Source: Octopus bimaculoides (Eukaryota). From it: a stretch of DNA of 64,000 nucleotides. Where the stretch lies: assembly GCF_001194135.2 (NCBI RefSeq), contig NC_068994.1, positions 4,774,490 to 4,838,489 of the forward strand, written 5' to 3'. The notes below the pieces were generated by a model. That model worked only from the letters and a program-made list of their open reading frames with translations, was not told where the DNA came from and ran no database searches. The position numbers and the translations under genes are program-made. Positions 25,381 through 37,675 of the stretch are shown piece after piece; positions within the stretch are counted from its first letter, which is position 1, and each line of letters begins with the position of its first letter.

Positions 25381-25706
25381 ATGGCTACCGAATAAGTGTC
25401 AGATATTTTTACAGATGAATTCCTCTATTTACACAATATCGAGGTCTCTTTCTTTCTTTTGTTGTCCTTGTCAATATATATATATATATATGTATATATA
25501 TATTTTATTAATTCCTCTTATTTCACAATTAACATGAGGTCTTTTTTAATATTCTTTCACTTGCCTGCTTTCAGCCATGTGTATATTTATCCGGAGTTTT
25601 TGGGAGTTTTTTGAAGGTCTATGCACCTTAAGCATGCTTCAGATGGGTCGTTTTCGCCCTTGCTCCCTGTTATAATTATATACATATGTATATTATTATT
25701 AATTTA

Positions 25707-25741
<35 letters not shown>

Positions 25742-26659
25742 CGATGGGCTTCTTTCTATTTCCCTCTACCAAATCCTCACACGAAGCTTTGACCCAGGGC
25801 CATAGTAGAAGACCCTTGCCCGAGGTGCCATGCAGCGGTTCGGCTAGGAGAGACTAATAAAATATGTTCCACAATAAGTACTGCCGTCGATTTCATGACA
25901 GTCTCCTAGTACTACAATTGTCCTGTGACAGAAACAAGCTCGAAAAAAAAAAAAAAGAATTTTTATTATTATAGAAACTAGATTTTCGTTTCGAAATAGA
26001 CTTAACATTACAGAAAGTCAATTATTTCTTGCATATTGTGTATTGTCAATGACACAAACGACCGTCAAAAAGTATGGTGCACAGAGCAAATGACAGCTGA
26101 CGATGTCGTCTGCTCATCGACCTTCTGGAAAACGTGTCTATAAGCAGCTGAAAAATAGTTACTAAAAAAAAAAAACTCTAGAAGCTGTTTCAATAAAGAT
26201 TCCGTATTGAACCGAATGCCATTTAATGATAGATATATATGCTTTCTGAGTTTGCCCTGAGGAAATATGTAAGCTTTTGATACGTGTTCGTCTGAGGGTA
26301 AAAGGTGAACAATCTCGATTCTCTTGGAAGACATAGCGGGTGGAAGGGAGATAACTGCTGTCGTCTCGAAAGAGATTTTTCAAACGTGTATATATATGTG
26401 TGCGTGTGTGTTTGTATATATTCTATGTATATGTATTGGTGTAATATGTATATACATATATGTATTTATGTATGTATATATCTGTGTGTATGTAGGCGCA
26501 GGAGTGGCTGTGTGGTAAGTAGCTTGCTGACCAACCACGTCTTCTACTATAGCCTCGGGCCAACCAAATCTTTGAGTGGATTTGGTAGACGGAAACTGAA
26601 AGAAGCCTGCCACAGTTCTGGCATGCTGGGAAAAATGGTTCACAGCGTTTCTTCAGTCT

Positions 26660-26820
26660 TAATGCTCATGAGTTCAAATTCTGCTGAGTTCAACTTTGTC
26701 TTTCATCCTTGATAAAAGGGTTGATAAAATAAGTACCAGTTAAGCACTGGGGTTGATGTAATCAGCTTGCTCCTTCCTCCAGAATTGCTGGCCTTGTGCC
26801 AAAATTTGAAACAAATATCT
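26660..26820 (+). mobile_element. SINE family D fragment (Meta-domain-like core)
   Basis: gagttcaaattctgctgagttcaactttgtctttcatcct...gataaaataagtaccagt matches the copies at 32.9, 51.7, 52.9 and 53.1 kb. The resemblance to the MetaSINE core is from memory. Confidence 0.75.
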
Positions 26821-27022
26821 TTAAGGTTTAAATTCTATGTTTTTCTATATGATTCTTTAGAAACTTCATAAGCCAGCAGTTTCGATGGAGGGCTTCCCCA
26901 ACTTTTGGACAACATGCGCCATGTTAGAATCACTAATGGTTTTATTTCTTTCTAAAGTGTAATTGTGTGATTTCTTTATGCCTTTGTCAACAGACTTTGA
27001 TTTCAGTGAACAAATAATTCTA

Positions 27023-27083
<61 letters not shown>

Positions 27084-27405
27084 ATGTTACTTCACTCTCT
27101 AATGTGTTTTCCTTTGTTGTTATGTTTCAGATTCCCTGGCTTGAAGTGTTACTTCTGTAAACATCCTCCACGTTCTCTCTTTAACAGTCTCAGAAAAAAA
27201 AAAACAAAAAAAAAAAAACAAGAACAAAAACAACGGCATCAACAACAGGAACAACAACAACAACAGCAACCTTCGTTGTTTGCAAGAATGAATTTAAAAT
27301 CTCATTCTCTCTCCCATTGCTATCATCCTGTAACTTAAAGCTTTTTAATCCATATTGTCATTTGAAACACCAGATCATCTGATATAGATACATACAGATA
27401 CATAC

Positions 27406-27453
<48 letters not shown>

Positions 27454-27785
27454 ATACTCATAGGATTGCTTGTTCATTTTCTCTCAGTGTCACCAGAAGT
27501 TTTTTCCTTTTAAACAGAAAGATACATTGTTGCTTGTATCATATTTTCGTTCCTCTCTTTTAGTTTTTCTTGTTTCATTAAGGTTAGTATTTGAGGATTT
27601 ATGAGTGGAAATCATGTCGAGGTGACTCAGACTAAACGAAGACTTGTATATACATTTATACACACATACACACACACACACATATATATATTCCCTAAGG
27701 AACATTCTGGGACAATTAATTTACAGTTGTAGCACTTTCACTACACCACTAGTGTTGAGTTGGCCATTCCAAGAACTGTCTAATC

Positions 27786-30186
27786 ATGTATCCGATACAA
27801 CCAGTTTTTCCAATGAATTTCAACAACACTTCCGGCTTCTACGGTCAGCCGATCTACAACCCTGGCTGCCATTTAAAAGTCCCTGATAAGTCACAGATTA
27901 TGAACATTCTTGATAAGAACAATGACTTGTTGTGGAAAGACTTCAGTCCAGCAAACGGTGCCAATGACGGCACCAGCGGAAGCCATGGTGCAGACAACAA
28001 CAGTGGTAGTAACAACATGTGCATGACTAACAGCGGTGCTGCTTCAACATGCAGTAGCCCTGGCAACAATACTGGTGGTGGTNNNNNNNNNNNNNGGGGC
28101 TGGTGGTGGGGCTGGTGGTGGTAATAGTGGTGGTGATGGCAGTAGTGGTGGCAACACCAATGACAACAACCAACCAGATGGAGACAGCATGCGAAACAGT
28201 CAAGGTGGAAATGAGAAATCTTTCTTTTGTACATTTTGTAAGAAAGGATTCACCAACCAGTTCTTCTTGAAGAACCATGAGCTCACACACACAGGCGTTC
28301 GACCATTTGACTGCAATTCTTGTGACAAAGCCTTTACGCAGAAAATCAATCTCAAAAACCATTTAAGGACCCATTCAGGGGAGAAACCTTTTCAGTGTTC
28401 CCTTTGTCCAAAGGCCTTCAGTCAACAAGGTAATCTCAAACTCCATCTTAGAACACATACGGGAGAGAAACCATATTCTTGTGAAGTCTGTGGTAAAAGT
28501 TTCTCCCAAAAAATCAATTTGACTTACCACAACCGTATTCACACTGGAGACCTTCTCTATTGTCAGTTCTGCAAGAAACCATTTTCGAATGAGTTCTTCC
28601 TCAAAATACATGAACGTATACATACAGGCGAGAAACCTTTTCATTGCCATTTCTGCAACAAGTGTTTCTCACAAGAGACAAACTTGAAAAACCATTTGAG
28701 AACACACACTGGTGAGCGACCATTTTCCTGTAGTGTTTGTTCGAAGGCTTTTAGCCAGAGAGGTAATTTAAAGCTTCACCTTAGAACGCACACTGGAGAG
28801 AAACCATTTGCCTGTGATGTCTGCGGGAAAGCCTTTTCACAAAAAGTAAATCTAAGCGACCACAAAAGGCTACACACTGGAGATCTGTTCTATTGCAACT
28901 ACTGCAAGAAACCGTTTTGCAATCAATTTTTTCTGAAGATTCACGAGCGGACGCACACTGGAGAACTTTACAAATGTACATTTTGTCCGAAAGATTTCAC
29001 ACTTTTGATCAACCTGAAGAACCATCTGAGGACTCATACCGGAGAGAAACCATTTCATTGCAGTATGTGTTCAAAGTCTTTTAGTCAGCAAGGAAATCTT
29101 AAGTTACACATGAGAACTCACACGGGGGAAAAACCATTCAAGTGTGACCTTTGTGAAAAGTGTTTCTCCCAAAAAACTAATCTTGAAAATCACCAACGTG
29201 TCCACACTGGACAATTGTTTAAATGTGACTATTGCACCAAAGAATTTACTTTGCAAATTAGCCTGAAAAACCACATCCGGGTCCACACTGGAGAAAAACC
29301 TTTCCATTGCAGCTATTGTAACAAGCTCTTCTCACAGCGAACTGAATGGCGTAACCATGAGAGAACCCACACAGGAGAAAAACCATTCCAATGTCAGATT
29401 TGTTCGAAGGCTTTTTCTCAAGCTGGAAACTTGAAGTTACACATGAGGACACACACGGGTGAGAAACCATTCAAGTGTGACACTTGCAACAAGTCGTTTT
29501 CGCAGCGAGCCAACTTAAACAACCACAAAAGGACTCGAACGGGCTGCGAACTTTTCACCAAGCAGCCACCGTTGGCCTCTACTGCTTCCTCATCTGCCTC
29601 TCATGGCTGTATGATGTACTCCAAAGACTCCAACCTCTCGCCTCCAATGCCAGGTTCGGACCCTCTCCCTGTGATGGGATCATCCATGATGATGTCATCT
29701 GAAGACAAGAATGATAGTGACAACCATCAACACCATGAAAAGAGTGGTTTGTCCTCAGCTTCTCAGACATCCACATATAACTGTGATACGAGTGCATCGA
29801 AACCTCAGCAGCAGCAGCAACAACAACAGCAACAGCAGCAACATCAGCAACAGCAAGCCCATCAGTCTTCCATGTTATCATCAAATTCCAACAAGCACAA
29901 CATGAAAACTAACAAACACCATCAAGAACATTTACCAAATTCCCATATGGGACGGTCAGAGCAACACCTTCATCCGGCTCAACAAGATTCCCAGACTGGA
30001 ATGCGACTGCACCCCTCAAATCTGTCTCGGTTTAATTCTGCTGCATATCTGCACGAGATGTCACAGAACTGGGAGACCAACTACCTCTGGCCCAGAGGCT
30101 ACCCTATGCCCACGTTGCTCGGTTCCAGCTGGCCAAACATGCCTACGTCTTACTCTAGCGGCAAACACGGTAAACAGAACTCGTGA
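27786..30186 (+). CDS. C2H2 zinc-finger protein (ZNF-2), ~800 aa, 16 fingers, Gly-rich N-terminus, polyQ and Trp-rich C-terminus
   Basis: ORF 27786-28124 (MYPIQPVFP...NNTGGG) and ORF 28036-30186 (GAGGGAGGG...fingers) join across a 13-N gap at 28083-28095, whose estimated length shifts the frame. The start mirrors ZNF-3 (MYPVQ). The finger array spans ~28228-29547; the last finger has His replaced by Arg. Confidence 0.9.
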
Positions 30187-30891
30187 GCCAGCCTGCAAAC
30201 TCTGTTCGGACACTCTACGGATTCCGTTGGGAATCTCTTGCATCCAAACTGACACATGTGACACGAGGACTTGTAACATTTCTTAAGACATGTCTTAAGT
30301 TGTCTTATTAATCATTAGCCACATGTCGTCTCCAAGCTGACAGAACTCACCAACGGCTGTTCAACTAACTTCCTCAAACATGTCAGGCTCTTTACGATCT
30401 GTTTGTCAGGTTTCTGTGGAATTTTTCAGGTCAATTGGCAAAAATTCATTTTTGTATTAAAAGAAGAAAAATCAAGAACAAAACAAGAAGAAAATAACCC
30501 AAAAGAACTGGATTGTGATGGTGCAAATAGACAAAAACAATAGTCAGTCACATTGTAAAAATTTGACATTGAAAACTTTTCAGGGATCCTTTTCCTAAGA
30601 ATTTATTTTTGGATCCTTGTACGTTGTGTGTTCAAATTTCACCGGAATTCACTTTGCCTGTATCATCGTCTTTCAGGGATTGATATTAAAACAAAAACAA
30701 AACAAAAGTACCAGTCATATGCTGGGGCAAGTTTTAATTGAATGCACCCCCTAACTATAAATCTCTGGCTTGTCTCAATCTGAGAAATCATTATGACAAT
30801 GATGATGGTTATTGTTACTTCTATTAAAATATCCCTTAGCAGTTCAAATATCAGAAGCACTGGATCACTCCCTGACATTTATGCTACCATT

Positions 30892-30947
<56 letters not shown>

Positions 30948-31006
30948 CATATATATATATATATATATATGCCTACACACACGCATATATATAAACACAT
31001 TGTGTA

Positions 31007-31048
<42 letters not shown>

Positions 31049-31327
31049 TATATATATATATATATGTAATATATATACTGTTTTAAAATATAGTGATGAT
31101 CACTGAATAAAATGCTCTCTCTCACACACACACACATACTCTGACAGACACAGTATTCATATCTTGAGAACTTATGATGAAATGCAATAGTCAAATGTTG
31201 GACAACACCAGCCTCACCCAATGAACACACATACACACACACATACACCTACCATCACTGGTTTTATGTCTACCTTTCAGTGCTTGTATGAGTCAGACAA
31301 GACTACTTTGGAGCAGAGTCACATATA

Positions 31328-31358
<31 letters not shown>

Positions 31359-32705
31359 GTTGCTTGCATGCATATGCCTTTTGCATGTATTTGGATTGTA
31401 AGTTAATGCTCTAGTAATAATAGTTTTAATCATGTTGACTTTGTCCATTAAGTATAACATCTGCATCAAGAAGATATTTGTGTGTCTGAGGAGGTAATTT
31501 GTACATGTGTGTGCATGTTGATGCCCATGGGTGCGAGGGAAGAGAGGTGTGCACTGCTTCCGTGTAACGAGAGAAGAGTGGTGTTATTATTCATTGTACA
31601 TAGTGTTGTAGACTTCCAAACCGTTTTTCTCTCTCTCCAAACTGCTTATTTATATACTCCTACCAGCACAATGCCATGCCTCAGCCTTCCCCCAGTTATG
31701 TCATCTGTAATTTTATCAGCTGAGCTTTACAATACTTTATTGGTAAATACTGTCACAATGTGCACACCGATGCATCATTGCTGCACCATGGCAAGTGCAC
31801 TTGCAGTCAGTTTGTCATCATGGTGTAATTAGTTGTTATTTATTTTTTTTTATGTATTGTTCTTGTTGTTGTCAGTCTTGTGGCTAACCTCATCCCTGCC
31901 CTCTGCCCATCCCTACCCTCTGCCCAGCCTCACTTGTAGCCCCACACACTTTATGATCCACACCTGGCAGTGAGTTAATAAGGTGGATGTCGTTAACCTG
32001 TCACGGTGTCTTAGATACTATAAATGTGAAATTGATGAATGTATTAAAATGCGTCACAGGTTTTTGAATTCTAATATCCAAAGTTAATTAAAATACCAGT
32101 GTTGTCTCTTCCTGTTTAATTTTTTCTTTCACCAGAATTATTCAATAAGAAAATGATTTTTGTCACCTTCAGGTTGTAGCTTTAATTAATAAACATTTTT
32201 TAGGCTGACTACATTAAACATGGTCATACCTACTACAAATATTTTGCTGTGTCTCCTTGGGTACTACACTTAATTTCACATGTTTTACTTTACATAACCT
32301 CGGCTCACCTTAGCAAGTAATGGTACTTATACTGCAGTGATGCAGTATTAGTACTAAGTTACAAGGTTCTGTGTTCAATCCCAGGGTGCTGTGTCTTGGG
32401 AAAGTGTTCTGTTGTGGTTGCCCCCAATTTTTTGTGAGTAATATTTAGGAGATACAAAAACTATCTGCAAGTTCATATGTGTGCGAAGGTACTTAGGGAG
32501 TTACACTTGCAGTTATAGGTCAATGGTTTCAATTCCTGGACTGGGCGTTGTGTTTTATTCATGAGCAAAATATTTAATTTCTTGTTCCAGTCCACTCAGC
32601 TGAAGATTTGTACCAGCAACAGCTGGGAGATTAACCCTTTGACAGACTGGTGTCTCATTCAGTGTGTGCATGTGTCTATATATAATGCATATATATTTAT
32701 TTCTT

Positions 32706-32896
32706 CGGCACGTAAAAAGCATCCACTACACTCTCTGAGTGGTTGGCGTTAGGAAGGGCATCCAGCTGTAGAAACTCTGCCAAATCAGATTGGAGCCTGG
32801 TGTAGCCATCTGGTTTCACCAGTCCTCAGTCAAATCGTCCAACCCATGCTAGCATGGAAAGCGGACTTTAAATGACGATGATGATGATGATGATGA
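32706..32896 (+). mobile_element. RTE LINE 3' UTR fragment (family C) with (GAT)n tail
   Basis: Same 3' end as 22428-22657. Confidence 0.85.
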
Positions 32897-33118
32897 TTGC
32901 CCACAAGGGGTTTAAACATAGGGGACAAACAAGGACAGACAAAGGGATTAAGTCGATAACATCGACACCAGTGCATGTCTGGTAATTATTTAATCAACCC
33001 CGAAAGGATGAAAGGCAAAGCCGACCTTGCCAGAATTTGAACTCAGAACGTAACGGCAGACAAAATACCACTAAGCATTTCGCCTGGCGTGCTAATGATT
33101 CTGCCAGCTTTCCACCCT
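32897..33118 (-). mobile_element. SINE family D, near full-length
   Basis: The minus strand reads agctggcagaatcattagcacgccaggcgaaatgcttag...gagttcaaattc...gctttgcctttcatcctttcggg. Confidence 0.8.
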
Positions 33119-33768
33119 ATAATACATATATACTAATAAATGCATTTACACATAAACACACAGAAGCTAATTGGTAAACTCGGACATATACACACATCAA
33201 CATATTCACATAACAGACATAGGTCACAGGTTTAATAGCTGGTCCCTTTATTTTTACACCACCACCTTCTGTGCCTTTTAGCAGGGTCAGGCCTTGCAAG
33301 GCCACAAGAGGCTGAAAAAAGGTTCAAAAGGTGCTATCTTTCTTTCTTTCTCTCTTTCTCACTCTGGCCAAGCCATCTAAAAATAAACACCCTCATTTAA
33401 CCTTGTGGTGTGTGTGTGTGCATAAATCACTTCCAGTTTATATTAATTCTCCTATAAATAAAACTATTTATTTCCTGTCCTGCCAAACTCTGCTGACGGC
33501 AGCTTTTGTCACACGTGACACTGGAAACAAGGACACTGACCTTCTTTTCCCTGTTCAGTGTGTCTGTGTATGTCACCAGCTACAGCCTGTGTGTGTGTGT
33601 TCACATGCTCTTGTGTCTATAATTAGCATTATGTGTAGCTTTGTGGATCTTGTAAACTACATTTTTTAAATATCTGGTATTAAGTAGTATGTGTGTCTCT
33701 GTGCACACACACACACTCGTGCATGTAGATTGTACATATGTATGTGTTTATAGTTATTTAGCTGTAAG

Positions 33769-33806
<38 letters not shown>

Positions 33807-34897
33807 GTATGTATAAACTCATGTATACATATGAGTATATATATGTGTATCTACTCATATATATGTATACATATAAATGAGTATATATATATATGTGTGT
33901 GTATACTCATATATGTATACAGATAAATGAGTGTGTGTGTACATATGTATATCTTTATATGTAATTGTCGTAGTGTATGTATACATGTGTGTATATTTGG
34001 TTCTGTTGTCTATTCCGACGTATGAATGTCCAGTTGTCTGATCAACTAGACGACCTACTCATTGATTTAGCATGTAATGTGGCTGAGTATTCCATAGACA
34101 CGTATCCTTAACATCATTCTAAAGTAGAATTGGTGAGACTGACGAAGCTGACCTTTTTAATTACTGGTACAGTCCATCTGGAGGGCTTCTAAGCAGTCAC
34201 CGTCTACCTAATTTCAATCAATGTTTGGGTCCACCTGAGGATGTGGTAAAGACACTTGCCCAAGATGCCACACTTTGGGATCAAACCTGGGTCCTCATGC
34301 TTACAAGCTGAACTTTTGAACCACTCTGTCTACATACAAGTGTGTGTGTGAATGTGGAACCATTAATCCCCCAATTTTTTTTTTATCTGTCTCCTTTTTT
34401 TTCTTTCATCCCTTTTTGTTGAAGTGTGTGGGCTTCATATGTCAAAGACTTTTCCATTCTTCCTTCCTGAGCATCCAACTAATACACCTGTCTGTTGTTC
34501 CCTCACCTGTCTTTTGTCTTCTGTACATTTGAACCATTATGTGATAGCCAGGATTATATTATACCCTCAATCTATATGTATCTCTGTGTGTTATTAGGTT
34601 AGTGTTATCATATTTAATTTAAGGGTCAAAAATTTCATTACAAAAATCATGTACTAAGGGAAGGACAATACTGGGTCAGGGACTAATGTGGTCATTCAGC
34701 CTGCTAAAAATAGCAACCAAATATACTTTTGACTATAGGTCTGTCATGTCAGAGCTAAACAACTGTCCCAGCAGTAACACGGTATAGTATAGTCCGAGAT
34801 ATGCCATGACTAAAAAATATACAAGAAACCTAGAATAGTCTTAGATGGAACAGATCTCTAATGAGATATGGCCTATAGGAGTTAATTATTCCAGTGT

Positions 34898-35352
34898 GGA
34901 GGTGCATGGCTTAGTGGTTAGGGTGTTGGATTCATGATCATAAGATTGTGGTTTTAATTCCTGGACTGGGCAGTATGTCATGTTTTTCAGCAAAACACTT
35001 CATTTCACGTTGCTCCAGTCCACTAAGCTGACAAAAATACATAATCCAGCAATGGGTCAGCATCGTGTCCAGTGGGGAACCAGGAAACTGGCCCTTAGCC
35101 TATATAACTTGGGAAGGATCTTTACCCTTTTTTAATTATTCCAACCCCAATATGGTTGAAGATAAGGCAGGATGGTCATGGTGGAACGTCTTTGATTGTA
35201 AATCTGCTGTATCAGAGCTTAACAACAATCCCAGCACTAATATTGTATGATATAGTCTTAGATAAACTATGGCTGTAAAACAGACAGGATGACCATTGCT
35301 GGAATGGGTTTGATCTTCACCTCCTGCATCAGAAATAACCCCTGGTTAAACA
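34898..35352 (+). mobile_element. SINE family B, diverged near full-length copy
   Basis: tggcttagtggttagg...ggttttaattcc head, then gcaaaacacttcatttcacgttgctccagtccact, then an F-type tail. The boundaries are approximate. Confidence 0.65.
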
Positions 35353-36299
35353 ATGGCAGTAACAACTCTTAGAACAGCCCCAAAAATGCATGGATAAGTT
35401 TGGTGTAGCCGCCACATGTTTGTGTTGTAACTGCATTTCTACTGTAAAACTAAATGTGTTGTCTAGTTTGGAGTTTTATTGAGAAGACTTCTGCATGGTA
35501 CGACCAATTAGTTAGTACAGATATATCCCTTCTGTGGTGGGTGTACATATTTCAACATACATGTATTGGTCTTCTTTGTGTTTGTATATATCTTAACATA
35601 AATGTGGCATCAGAGCTTTAACATATATACATCATATTTCTGAAGCTGTATATAAAATATATGTATATATATATATATATATGTGTGTATGTGTGTATAT
35701 ATGGATATGAGTGCGTGCATATATATATATATATATATATATTTCTGTATTTTAAATATGGGTGTGTATGTATGTGTAATAAAAATATAGTTGTTTTGTA
35801 AAAAAATGTTTGAATATACAATAATAATTATAATAGATGTTAGAAGCATTTGATGTAGAATCTGATTACAATTTCTAATAAATGAAATTATTGTAAACTA
35901 TTTTTCATAAACTATGAAACAAAACAAAACAAAACAAAACAAAAAAAAAAACGAAATGTAAATATATGCGAATTTCATTTCCTTAAATGGATGTTCAGTT
36001 GCTCTGATATGAAACTGCAATAAACTAATGAATATAATGAATATATGTATCTATATATATATATATGTATGTATATATATATATATATATATAATATATA
36101 TTGAAAAATAAAAAAAGCCCAAAAAAATGTGAAACAAAGAAATTGTTTTCTGTTTTGATTTGATATGTATGTGTGTATATATATATGTATGAAATATATG
36201 TATGTGTGTGTGTATGGTACCAGGATCACTCCCTAGTTCATTCTTCCCCTCAAAAGAGTCAAAGAAATAGATTTTGTGTCAACCCTGTTTTTTTTTTCT

Positions 36300-36349
<50 letters not shown>

Positions 36350-36736
36350 TAGTATGACATGTGACTGTCAGTCTATCATGTGATGGACATGAAATTATAT
36401 TTGATATTCTGTCTTGCTATGTATTTTGTCAATGACAAATCTGGTTTGTTACCATTATGTCAATATTCAAACCGTCAAACCTAGGCCAACATGGAGGCAG
36501 ATGTTACACAACAATGATGATATATATTTCCTGGCTTTTGGTAAAAGAAAATACAAGAGAATCAGTTAATTACGATTTTATTCAACTTATTCCCCTCTCA
36601 GATTCACACACTTATTGCAGCAGTCCTTCACTTCTTCTTAGGCCTGTAAAAGAACTTGGAGGGTTGGGCCTCCAATCAGGCCTTTTGTGATACCCTTAAA
36701 GCCAGGAACATTTCAGCACCCCCTTATGTATATATT

Positions 36737-37085
36737 TTATCTTTTACTTGTTTCAGTCTTTAGTGTGTGGCCATGCTGGGGCATTGCATTTGAATTTTAA
36801 GTTGAGTGAATCGACCCCAGTACTTATTCTATCGGTCTCTTTTGCTGAACTGCTATTGCATGAAGACATAAACATACCAACACCAGTTGTCAAGTGGTGG
36901 TGGGGGATAAAGACATACACATATATGATGGGCTTCTTTCAGTTTCCGTCTACCAAATCTACTCACAAGGCTTTGGTCAACCCAAGGCTATAGTAAAAGA
37001 CACCTGCCTAAAGTGCCACTCAGTGGGTCTGAATCCAGAACCATGTAGTTGGGATGCCAACTTCTTGCCACACAGACATGCCTAT
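36737..37085 (-). mobile_element. SINE family A copy
   Basis: Tail, middle and head match 4411-4806. Confidence 0.85.
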
Positions 37086-37155
37086 GTATGTGTGTGTGTA
37101 TATACAGTAAAGTGTATAAATATGTATATATATATATATTATATATATATATCAG

Positions 37156-37675
37156 TCATCATTTAACGTCCGTTTTTTATGCTGGCATGGGTTGGACGGT
37201 TTGACTGGGGACTGGCAAGCTAGAAGGCCACACCAGGCTCCAATCTGATCTGGCATATTTCTACAGCTGGATGCCCTTCCCAACGCCAACCACACCGAGT
37301 GTATAATGGGTGCTTTTTACATGCCGCCGGCACGGGAGCCAGTCAAGCGGCACTGGCATTGGCCAGCCACGTTCGGATGGTGCTTTTTACGTGTCACTGG
37401 CACAGGGAGCCAGTCAGATGGCACTGGTATCGGCCACAACTACAATTTCCATTTGNNNNNNNNNNTTGATTGTGATTTGATTTGAATTTGGTTTTGATCT
37501 TACTTGACTCAATAGGTCTCCTCAAGCACGGCATGTTGCCCGAAGATTTAAAGGTACATTCTAAATGGGCTGGTTATGCGACACTGGTGTAGGCTACGGC
37601 TGTGATCTCACTTTCTTTGCCGGGTCTTCTCAGTCACAGCATATCTCCATAGGTCTCGGTCTTTCGTCATTGCCG
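37156..37675 (-). mobile_element. 5'-truncated RTE LINE (ORF end plus 3' UTR)
   Basis: The minus strand encodes AMTKDRDLWRYAVTEKTRQRK*, then a 3' UTR with two ~66-bp units and the family C tail. Confidence 0.85.

Larger units (their letters stand above)
25174..25416. repeat. Long inverted repeat (arms 25174-25290 and 25301-25416, 10-nt spacer); probable inverted pseudo-LTR pair of a Penelope-like element
   Basis: The arms are reverse complements with few mismatches (atctgtaaaaatatctgacac...aattcct / aggaattt...gtgtcagatatttttacagat). The ORF track shows PWHPKL.VLSWLPNKCQIFLQ on both strands. Each arm carries a hammerhead motif. Confidence 0.85.

Noticed and set aside
25174-25416. Interpretation of the foldback as an ordinary Tc1/mariner MITE
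   Set aside because: No clear TSD or known TIR end is present, and both arms encode a full hammerhead layout, which favours a retroelement origin; the MITE reading is not formally excluded.
28036-28082. [15 protein letters not shown] start of the 716-aa ORF, which looks like a signal peptide
   Set aside because: It is an off-frame reading upstream of the N gap; the frame from 27786 is continuous with the Gly-rich tract and matches the paralogue's start.
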